From the human T2T-CHM13v2.0 reference genome, Homo sapiens: a stretch of DNA of 64,000 nucleotides. A program made the translations under genes and the position numbers. A model generated the notes under the pieces. That model saw nothing but the letters and a program-made list of their open reading frames with translations, was not told the origin of the DNA and did not search any database. The stretch lies in NCBI RefSeq assembly GCF_009914755.1, contig NC_060939.1; one strand, written 5' to 3'. Shown here piece by piece: positions 28,831 through 53,589 of this stretch. Each line of letters begins with the position of its first letter. Position 1 is the first letter of the stretch.

Positions 28831-29346
28831 AGAACTAGGATGACATCTAATCATGGAAGTTTATATTTCAGTGCTAAAGGAATTTAGAAGAAATAAATTT
28901 ATTTATTTATTTAGATGATTTGCCTTTATGATACTGTTTGCTATTATTAAACTTTAATGACTTTAATGTGACCAAACATTAAATTCTTTAATAATGTGTG
29001 GCTTTAAATTCTTCCTGTAGTGCCATTTATGGCTCTGTCAAAAACATTTACTGTTTTACTCTTTTTATCTCTTATAGCCATTCTTTTTGTTGTTACAGCT
29101 GTCACTTAGTTCAGAAGTTTGTCAACTTATACATAGATTTCTTCAGTAGTACAGTAGAATACTGTTCTGATCCCATCAGTAATATACCGAAAATGTTCAG
29201 TAGCACTTCATGCGTGGGGATAAAAATACAAGATATGTTCTATTTGCCAACACTTTACTTCAGCCAAAATGGTGTCTATTCACTGATAACTCTCCATCCC
29301 ATACACACACTATACCTTCTAATTTCTGCACTTTACTGCCATATCT

Positions 29347-30301
29347 TGAAGGAGTGGGTTGCCCCTCCACACCTGTGGGTGTTTCTCATTAGGTGGAACA
29401 AGAGACTTGGAAAAGACAGAGACACAGAGACAAAGTATAGAGAAAGAAAAAAGGGGGCCCAGGGGACCAGCGTTCAGCATGCGGAGGATCCACGCCGGCA
29501 CCGGCCTCTGAGTTCCCTTAGTATTTATTGATCATTATTGGGTGTGGCAGGATAATAGGATAATAGTGCAGAGAAGGTCAGAAGGTAAACACGTGAACAA
29601 ATGTCTCTGCATCATAAACAAGGTAAAGAAAAAAGTGCTGTGCTGTTGATGTGCATATACATAAACATCGCAATGCCTTAAGGAGCAGTATTGCTGCCAG
29701 CATGTCCCATCTTCAGCCCTAAGGCGGTTTTCCCCTGTCTCAGTAGATGGAGTATACAATCGGGCTTTACACCAAGACATTCCATTGCTCAGGGACAAGC
29801 AGGAGACAGAAGCCTTCCTCTTATCTCAACTGCAAAGAGGCGTTCCTTCCTCTTTTACTAATCTTCCTCAGCACAGACCCTTTATGGGTGTCGGGCTGCC
29901 GGACGGTCAGGTCTTTCCCTTCCCACGAGGCCATATTTCAGACTATCACATGGGGAGAAACTTTGGACAATACCTGGCTTTCCTAGGCAGAGGTCCCTGC
30001 AGCCTTCCGCAGTGTTTTGTGTCTCTGGGTACTTGAGATTAGGGAGTGGTGATGACTCTTAACTAGCATGCTGCCTTCAAGCATTTGTTTAACAAAGCAC
30101 ACCCTGCACAGCCCTTAATCCATTTAACCCTTAGTTGACACAGCACACGTTTCAGGGAGCACAGGGTTGGGGGTAGGGTTACAGATTAACAGCATCTCAA
30201 GGCAGAAGAATTTTTCTTAATACAGAACAAAATGGGAGTCTCCTATGTCTACTTTCTGCACAGACACAGTAACAATCTGATCTCTCTCTCTTTTCCCCAC
30301 A
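29347..30301 (-). mobile_element. HERV-K (HML-2) solo LTR, LTR5B/LTR5A-type, 955 bp
   Basis: Reverse complement starts TGTGGGGAAAAGAGAGAGAGATCAGATTGTTACTG and ends GGGGCAACCCACTCCTTCA. Perfect 6-bp TSD ATATCT at 29341-29346 and 30302-30307. Confidence 0.95.
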
Positions 30302-30430
30302 ATATCTCACTCCTTAATCCCTGTTTGGAAAGGTCTTCTCATTCCTTTTTGCCTGTCCCAATTTTACCCATCCTTTAAGAAGCTTTTAAATACTAACTCT
30401 TTAGTAAAGCTACTTCTACTCTCCTCAAAC

Positions 30431-30610
30431 CAGTGGTTCTCAACCCAAATTGTATGCTAAAACTGTATGGGAGGCTTTTTTAAAACTGCCAATCCTCAGA
30501 ACCTACCACCAACTCCATTAAATGAGAATCTCCGGAGGTGGGATCTGAGCATCATTAATTTTGAGTGCTTTTCAGGTTATTTTAATGTGCAGCTAAGGCA
30601 GAGTACAATT
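30431..30610. mobile_element. MER5-family DNA transposon remnant
   Basis: cagtggttctcaac...gagaatctc...ggttattttaatgtgcagc. Confidence 0.65.
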
Positions 30611-31375
30611 CTCTAACCATCATCTAGCTGTTATTGGCTACATCATCTTTTTTTAGCCCTTATTGGTTAATACCTAATTACCAGTTTTCTTTCCATGTAA
30701 ATATGTCATTTTTTTCTAAATGAAAGTGGCTTATTAAAGTCGTGAATTACATCTTCATATTTTCTTCAACACTTTAGTCAATGAATTACACAAAGTAGTA
30801 TAAAATAATGACTTGTTTGCTTATGTAAGAATACCCTTAAAGCCGTTGCTCTCCCATTCCTATCTTAGTTATAGCAACAGCTCATTTGTATAACTTCAAC
30901 ATTTTAGCTAGATGTATGTCAGATGTGGGCCCAGAGTCATCCATACTCCTCAGAAATCTAAGGCCAAAGGACATAAGGATCAGATTTATTGATACATGGT
31001 GAATACTGCTAAATCATTTTATTTCTTACTTAACCTGACCTCTCAAGTCTAGGATTTATTCATTTATTTAACAAATATTTATTGAGCATGTATCATGTCT
31101 GGGTGCTCACTAGTAGTAGGAATACAGCCATGAGCAAGGAAGCTATGGTTTTTGCCTATTAAGGACCTCGTAGTTTGACAAGGGGCAGATATTAAATAAT
31201 TACACAAATAATTATTAATTTATTTCTATTGAGATACAGTTTGTTAAGGATACATATCACAAGCTGTGAGTGTTTTTATCAGGATTTATAAGTTAGTTGC
31301 TTTTATTGGGACTTATAACTTAGGGATTGTCAGGAAAGATTTATTTAAGAAGGTCACATTTAAAATGATACCTGA

Positions 31376-37711
<6,336 letters not shown>

Positions 37712-38729
37712 TGATCTGTGCTTTTCAACAGCATAACTAGATTGATTTCTGTGAGCAGAGTGAGGAGACCATAAGAGAGCAAATGCTTTCCTGTGGGTCA
37801 CTATAGATAGTGAGATGACTATTTATCCATGCAGGAAATTTGAAAGTGTAAAGATGGGTTGTAAATAAACCATTTCTGTCCTAGAAACAGACTCATTTAA
37901 GTCAGTTTTGCTTCTCATATTATACATATGATCATGACTGTTGGATTCCTATCCTTACCTAATTCTATATCCTAGATCTAGTTGTTGCATTTCATTTTTA
38001 TGGCCCTCCTTCACCACCCTCTGATAACTTCTGCTTGCTCTTAACTAAGATTACATAGCCCCTGTCTAGATCACATAGCTTCTAGATCTTTGGTTCATAT
38101 AATGATATCTGCATAGCTCTTTTCCTATTATGACTTCTTGATTGTCCTTTTACCATAGCAACCTTTATATTCATGTCATAACTGTTTCCCCTATCTCTTG
38201 GTTTTAAATTACTGACATCTCTGAAGTATATTCAGTCCCAACGTTTTTGAGGTTGGTTGTTTTGTTGTTGTTATTTCTTTTTTACCATAAACTCAGTCAG
38301 ATGGTATGAGGTTGGTTCTGTTTGCTTTTTTACTCTATGTTTAGGGATTAGAAGTGAAAAGTAGTTTAGAAGGAGGTACAGTTCTGGATAAATACTAAAA
38401 CCATGTTAAAGAAATAAATTTGTTTATTCTATTTCCTCTTTGACTAAGGCCATAGTGGAAATTTTTTTCACAGAATGCTACATTTAAGTAACAATCCATT
38501 AAGTTTAGCTATTTTTAAAGCTGGTTGATATATCAAAAATTGTCACTTTTTAAATTAAAAGGGGAGGGGGCAGAATTTGGAAACTGGAATAAGGAAAGTG
38601 ATGATTCCATAGTACAAGCAGAGAGATTCATCTTTTTCTCTTAAATAGGAGATAGAAGCAGATAGACACAGAAATTGAGATCGATTTAGATGATACTCAT
38701 GAATATAATATCTTCTGTTTATGAAGCAG

Positions 38730-38950
38730 TTAGAGGCTTTGTACTATATTAAGCATTTTATATGGATTATCTCATTTAATCTTCACAACTCCTCTGTGAG
38801 GAGTGGATATTATTATTCTCACTTAATGGCTGAGGGAACATGTAAAGACCCTAAGTAACTTGCCCAAGACCATTTAGCTTATCAGCATTTCCAGTGTGAC
38901 TTTCAAGTCCACTTTCAACTTGACTTTCAAGTCAACAACTATGCTTCACT
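38730..38950. mobile_element. MIR
   Basis: attatctcatttaatcttcacaac...taagtaacttgcccaagacc. Confidence 0.7.
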
Positions 38951-39124
38951 GCCTCTCTGGGTGGATAAGAAAGTGCTTTTTTGGATAAGACTACATTTGT
39001 TAAGTAGGAGTAGTAATTTCATTTTTGATACTTAAAATACTTTAGAAACTCTCTTAGAAATGTATAAATTTTCAAATTATAAAGTACCTTAGAAACTTCA
39101 AAATTTCTAAGAAGAAAAAACTAA

Positions 39125-42685
<3,561 letters not shown>

Positions 42686-43301
42686 TTTGTATGCACGTAC
42701 AGAGTTTATGTGATAAGGCAGGAAAATACAATCAATACTGGGCAATTTGGTGCTACGAAACACGTACAAAACAATTGTGTTGTATCTATTATTGGTATAC
42801 AAAAGAAGTACACTGATAATACAAACTAGGTACAAAGTATTATTGGTGTATAAAAGAAGAGCAACTAATGGTGTAGAGAAAGGAAAAACTGGTGTGGATT
42901 GGACTAGTCATATAGGCTTAATTGGAAAAAAAAACAGGCAACATGGTATCATTTTTTGTGACTGTAATGTATTTTTCAGGAATTTGTATGGTATTTTTCT
43001 ATTTTGTGAAATGAGATTATAAACCCCCCCAAAGGTGTTTATAAGTCATACATTAGCTGAGCATGCCAAGAGCTCTTATTTCTTGTTATAGTGTAGTGTG
43101 CCAATTATAAACTATATTCAAAGCCGAGTGGATTTGAGGAAGTAAAATATCTACTTGGTCTATTTATTGTGTTGTACAGATCTAAACAGTAGGAATGTTT
43201 AATATATTCTGAAGATACAGATTGTAAAACTTTCCTTAAATATTATATTACTAGTTTTGATCAATTTAACAGTCCTTTTTCTTTTGTTACTTCTTATTAA
43301 G

Positions 43302-43475
43302 GGTCAACTGTATTTGTTGGTAACGGACCAGGGGTTTCTTACTGAAGAGAAAGTTGTTTGGGAAAGCCTACACAACGTAGATGGTGATGGAAATTTCTGT
43401 GACTCAGAATTTCATCTTCGACCTCCTTCAGATCCTGAAACTGTATACAAAGGACAACAAGATCAGATAGATCAG
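43302..43475 (+). CDS. MINDY2: MINDY2 coding exon (probably exon 7), 174 nt, phase 0-0: GQLYLLVTDQGFLTEEKVVWESLHNVDGDGNFCDSEFHLRPPSDPETVYKGQQDQIDQ
   Basis: Pyrimidine tract and ttattaag acceptor ending at 43301; donor CAG|gtaaat at 43476. LYLLVTDQGF...VWESL...DGD is the MINDY catalytic-domain C-terminal motif. Confidence 0.97.
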
Positions 43476-44071
43476 GTAAATTTGTATTGTCGTCTTTATA
43501 GTGGTTAAAATGCTGATTTTTTTCAAATGTGAATTCATGTATCCAAAATTTTTCAACTAAAGATTAATTCATCAATATGCTTGTGAAATTTTCCTGACAC
43601 TTCCTGAATAGTTGGTGATCATTCTACATGTACATTAATTATGTACTTTGGTGCAGAAGGCCAGATCATATTGAACTGTGAAGGTCATGGTGAGAAGTTT
43701 GAATTTTATTCTAATTGCAGTAGGAAAGCTATGTCAAGTATTAAACACAGAAGTGATGGGATCTTCTTTACCTTTTTAAAAGACTGTTATTTGGAGAATA
43801 CATAAGAAGGAAACAGGTCTAAGCAGAGACAAATAGTCCAAGCAAGAGCTGATGATGGCTTAGCCTTGGGTGGTAGAGATGAAGAGATGAGCACATATCT
43901 GAGCTATATTTTGACTAGTTAGAAAAAGTAGAGGAGAGAGAATCTGGAAGGTAGCATATAGTGTATAAAGAATGGGTGGATATTCTAAACCTTAGAGGCC
44001 AAGGTAAGGAGGAGTAGTAGACATTTGTAGCAGGAGACACACTAGGGAATAGAAGTTGCATTTAGAAATGA

Positions 44072-44113
44072 GACAGATGAGATTTTTTTTTTTTTTTGAC
44101 AGATGAGATTTTT
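44072..44113 (-). mobile_element. Poly(A)-only insertion flanked by a 16-bp direct repeat
   Basis: GACAGATGAGA-T15-GACAGATGAGA-T5. Confidence 0.7.
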
Positions 44114-44465
44114 GCCTGCCATAAGTGGGCAGTTTTGGAGCCACAGGTCTGTTTATTATTAGAAATATGATGGTGATGTGAATTCTTCCCTGACTGAGGC
44201 AAAAATATGGTCATGTTAAACAGTTGACATATATTTCACTCATAACAATTTAAGTGCACAAAGACTGTTCAGTTAGCCAATATTCACTGAGGAGTTGTAT
44301 TCCTGGCACTATAATTAGGTCCTAGAGATACAAAGATAAATCATTGAGTCCTGTCCTTAAAGATGCAGCCTAGTAGGGAAGGCAGATATTTGACCAACTC
44401 ATGTTATATGTTCTATAATGGCAATTTGAAGAGCAGTTATCAAGTACACAAAAGAATATTTAATT

Positions 44466-45588
<1,123 letters not shown>

Positions 45589-45750
45589 TTATCTGGAAGC
45601 AGCAAGAAAGAGGTGGATTCAAGACCATGAGGCTTCATAAAGAGCAGAGTTTGAAGAATTCAGAAGAACTTGAAGGACAAATTCTTTATATCTTTATATC
45701 CATGAGATAGTCATGCTATATATATGACAAGATCTTTCCAGGCAACAACC

Positions 45751-47657
<1,907 letters not shown>

Positions 47658-47774
47658 CTGGTGTATTTTTTAATAGCCATTCTTACAGCTTTATAGATAT
47701 AACGTTTGTATTTGCAGTCATTCATTCTTGGGTAAAATCTCATAGCTAATGATGGTTATAATTTAATTTATTAG

Positions 47775-47969
47775 GATTATCTTATGGCATTATCTCTACA
47801 ACAAGAACAGCAGAGCCAAGAGATCAATTGGGAACAAATCCCGGAAGGAATCAGTGATTTGGAACTAGCAAAGAAACTCCAAGAGGAAGAGGACAGACGG
47901 GCTTCTCAATACTATCAGGAACAGGAACAAGCAGCAGCTGCTGCTGCTGCTGCTTCTACACAGGCTCAG
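47775..47969 (+). CDS. MINDY2: MINDY2 coding exon (probably exon 8), 195 nt, phase 0-0, tandem MIU ubiquitin-binding motifs and poly-Ala
   Basis: Acceptor ttattag ends at 47774; donor CAG|gtaaaa at 47970. [11 protein letters not shown] and [12 protein letters not shown] match the MIU consensus. Confidence 0.96.
47931..47954 (+). repeat. Coding (GCA)2(GCT)6 poly-alanine tract
   Basis: Eight Ala codons read directly. Confidence 0.95.
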
Positions 47970-48008
47970 GTAAAAACTAGTGTTTTGAGTCTTAAATGTG
48001 ATGGTCAT

Positions 48009-48362
<354 letters not shown>

Positions 48363-48549
48363 TTAAATTAGGTGTTAACTCTTCAATTTTGTTAGGATTT
48401 TAGCACCTATGGGTTTTATGACGTTGTCCTAAGCTTGTATCTCGTTTAGTAAAATGTTTTCTCCTGAGGTTCTGATTTTCAAATTTATTTTTAAAATTCG
48501 TAATAGCTGCAAAGAAAATAAGCCAATTTGGACGAAGTCCTTTCAATCA

Positions 48550-48780
48550 ACTAGAGGGCAGTATGAGGTACTACTAGAAAAAATAGACTTTGGAGCCAGA
48601 TAAATGTGGATTTGCATTTCCTGCTCCTGTCTCTCCTTCTAGTTGCAACCTCTTGGATGACGTCCTCTACCTCTCTTAGCCTCATTTTCCCTATCTGTAA
48701 AATAGAAGAACTCTTAAGTTTGTTGTGAAGAACAAATAATATTAGCACTTACCCCAATTTTTAACATGTACTAGGCATTC
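48550..48780. mobile_element. MIR
   Basis: gactttggagccaga...agcctcattttccctatctgtaaaat. Confidence 0.72.
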
Positions 48781-48936
48781 AACAAAGGTTGACATCTCCC
48801 TACTTTTCACTTTCTGTAGTTAAACGGTTTAAAGCACTGAAAATTTAATGGTGGGATTCTACATGTTAAATCTCATTTCATTAAGTTAAAAATATTCCCC
48901 TTTTTTATGTTTATACCATGCCAGACTGCTGTTCCT

Positions 48937-48937
<1 letters not shown>

Positions 48938-48992
<55 letters not shown>

Positions 48993-49270
48993 ACAGAGTC
49001 TCACTCTGTTGCCCAGGCTGGAGTGCAGTGGCGCAGTCTCGCTCATTGCAACCTCTGCTTCCTGGGTTCAAGCAATTCTCCTGCCTCAGCCTCCCAAGTA
49101 GCTGGGATTACAGGTGTGTGCCACCATGCCCAACTAATTTTTGTATTTTTAGTAGAGATGAGGTTTTACCATATTGGCCAGGCTGGTGTCAAACTCCTGA
49201 CCTCAAGTGATTCACCCACCTCGGCCTCCCAAAGTGCTGGGATTACAGGTGTGAGGCACCACGCCTGGCC
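48938..49270 (-). mobile_element. AluSx with an uninterrupted T54 tail
   Basis: T run 48938-48991 followed by gacagagtctcactctg. Confidence 0.92.
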
Positions 49271-49557
49271 TAAACTGTTCATTTTGATTCAGATACATAA
49301 GAAATTCTGATTTGGGCATACAAGAAAGCAAGATGCCCTTTTAAGTCTCATAAAACTAAATATAGAAGTCCCCATTAAAATAAGTATAAAATTTCTATTT
49401 CTAGCTCAAATATTGACTACTCCAAGCTTAATAGTTAAATCCTACCATGTTATGTCTAGGTTTTCACTCAAAAAAGGTGTCTTATTTCACTAAATACACT
49501 TATTCCAAACTCCCAATTCTCAGGGGTTCTTTTCTCCTTTTAAAATCTGTTTATTAT

Positions 49558-50287
<730 letters not shown>

Positions 50288-50496
50288 TTATTCAGAATAA
50301 TGAATACATTAATTATATCCAGAATGGTAGCGGTAATGGCTCAGATACCATGTAATATAACAAATCTGTATGCCAATAGCTAGCTTCTTTTTCCATCAGT
50401 GATTCCTTCCACTGTTACAGTTTTCCTTTCTAGATAACCATGAGTAAGTCCCTCAGAATAGTTAGAGTAATTTCTTGCTGTATATTTTTCTTAAAG

Positions 50497-50625
50497 CAGG
50501 GCCAGCCAGCACAAGCCTCTCCATCAAGTGGAAGACAATCTGGGAATAGTGAACGTAAACGGAAGGAACCACGAGAAAAAGATAAAGAAAAAGAAAAGGA
50601 AAAAAATAGCTGTGTTATTTTGTAA
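50497..50625 (+). CDS. MINDY2: MINDY2 last coding exon: (Q)GQPAQASPSSGRQSGNSERKRKEPREKDKEKEKEKNSCVIL*, ending in a CaaX box
   Basis: Tandem acceptor ttaaag|cag|GGC (exon start 50497 or 50500). In frame with the previous exon; TAA stop at 50623-50625. Confidence 0.96.
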   Translation, partial: QGQPAQASPSSGRQSGNSERKRKEPREKDKEKEKEKNSCVIL

Positions 50626-51625
50626 CAAGTGTTGGCTTCTGTTGGAACCACCTATATGTCTTGAGAAACAAAACCACAGGAGGAAAGGAAGAAAAACCGA
50701 TCAATACCGTCTGTGCCTGATTTCCTAATGGATTTTGTTCGTTTTTTCAGGGGAACGGTTGTTACTTAGTTACAATCAGACTTTTTCAAGTCACACAATA
50801 CACTCTTTATGAGCTGGAGTTTCATGTTACAAGTTGGAAATGCTGTGTGTTGTCATTCATGAAAAATACTGCACTTGTAGCCAGATTAGCAAATCACAGC
50901 AAATTTTGTGTCATAGTGACATTCATAACTCATATCAGTTAGTAAGCTATTATATCTTCTGTTCTAACAATGAATGGAGGTAATTGATTTAGTCTGATTC
51001 CTTCCTGAAATCTAAATATTAGCACAATAGTTTCTGAAATTTTACAATGTTAAATTATGATCTAATTCATGAGAAACCACGGGTTTAACATAGGGATTCA
51101 AAAAAACAAAAACAAAAGAATAGGAATAAATAACCCTTAATTGTATATTGGACTAGTTCAGCCCTTAAACAGCTTTACCTTTATTTAGGAATGTACATTT
51201 TAGGTATTATCTTGATCATGGAGCTTAGATTTAATTTAGATAGCAAAAATAAAGATTTGTATTTCTTTTCCAATAGCAAAAAGTTACATAACACTAATAC
51301 TTATAACCTATCAATATCAGATATTAATGACTTTGTAGTGTTGTAAAATTTTGAGGAATTTTGGAGTCTTTATCATAGGTAACCTGGACCACAGTTACTA
51401 TTTATTGACAATGTGATTGAGTGTATGGAGGAAAGCACAGTGGATGCTAGGCTTTGTAAATATGGGGATGTAGAAAAGCAGATAGTTCAGTGTCTACCTT
51501 TTTCTAGAACTACCTTGAACCTTAAATTTTAAGTCATGTTCATTGCTAGAAAATTAAATGTACTTATTAAAACCAATGAAAAAGCACATTTCTGAAATGA
51601 AGTTAGAGATAATCTCTGTGTCTTA

Positions 51626-51966
<341 letters not shown>

Positions 51967-53280
51967 TTATGTAAAAGCAATCAGAGTTTTTAATTTATGG
52001 GAACCAAATAAAACTATAACCTCATAGTGTTTATAAGAACTCAGAAATAATATTTATTTAACTTTATTATGAGGCCACACATATTTTCCTGTGTTTCTAT
52101 ATATAGTTTGGAAAACTATCCTTAATAGTCTGTTTTATATGCCTTATATTTAAAAGTTTGTTTTAGTTATTTTGAAAGACTATTGCTGCTGCAAATAGTT
52201 GTGTGCTTTACATTCTAAGCTTCAGTACATTTATTTAAGAGCATCATAATCTGACCTGAGCATCCACTTGGAGAGTGTTTTTTTTGTGTGTGGTCTGGGG
52301 TGACAAAAGACCACAAAAATGTGTGGTCTGGATTTTTTCAACTATGTCATTAACTTTATGATCCAAGACCAGTTATAGGATGAATCTGTATGTAAAAATA
52401 GAGTCTTATTTATGGAAGGAATTATTCTAAGGGAAAAATCCAGGGTCAAGCTGTATCTTTTATGTCCTTTATATTGCATGTCTATTTCTGTTACACAATT
52501 TGTTATTTCTTCAAATTTCCTATGGTAGCATGATAAATCATCAAAGAACCTGTTTGGGATATAAAACTCTGATAGAAAATATTTAATGAGTATCTTGATT
52601 ATAACCTAGAATATGTATACGTTAGTAAAATAACCAGATATACTACAGAACTCTCTATTGGCTCAAACAGGTTGACCTCAATCCAAGTTTACTCTTGATA
52701 TCACTCTGTTGGCTGAAGGAGGTAACTCAAACCTCAGGGTTTGTTTTTCCCGGGACAGATAGTAGTGATAGTGCATTATATTTGAATAAGAAAAACAAAC
52801 CAGTATACCTTGAGAAATTTTAAAAAGCATAGTTGAGGCATATTTTTTCATAATTATATACTTATCTGTTTATTGCCCATGGAAAATATATGTGTAGAAG
52901 TATTTCTTCTGTTATTTGTTACTATCTTCTTAATTTGTTCCAAAGAAAATGCTGCCATACTGCATTCCCTCTGGAAGGAAACAAAACAAAACAAAACTCA
53001 CTCAAAACCAGCAGTGCTGCTATCAGATAAGTAGATGTCAATGTATACTTACAAGGAAAAACTAAAAAATGTAATGTGTTAATTCAGCCTTTTTCTATGT
53101 AATATTTCCAAGTCAGACTTTCTTACATTCCTGGAATTTACTTTGATATACCAAGAATAATAATGATAAAATGTTTGCTTTGATTACTGTGGGGGGAAAG
53201 ATGAAATGTTCAATTATATTAAAACAAACAAGCTTTTCAGAGATACTGGTTTCCTGCCCTTGAAGGGTATAAAGAATTTA

Positions 53281-53589
<309 letters not shown>

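Noticed and set aside
28998-29531. 177-aa ORF running into the LTR
   Set aside because: Begins at a GTG codon and crosses from unique intron into antisense LTR5 sequence with no domain similarity.
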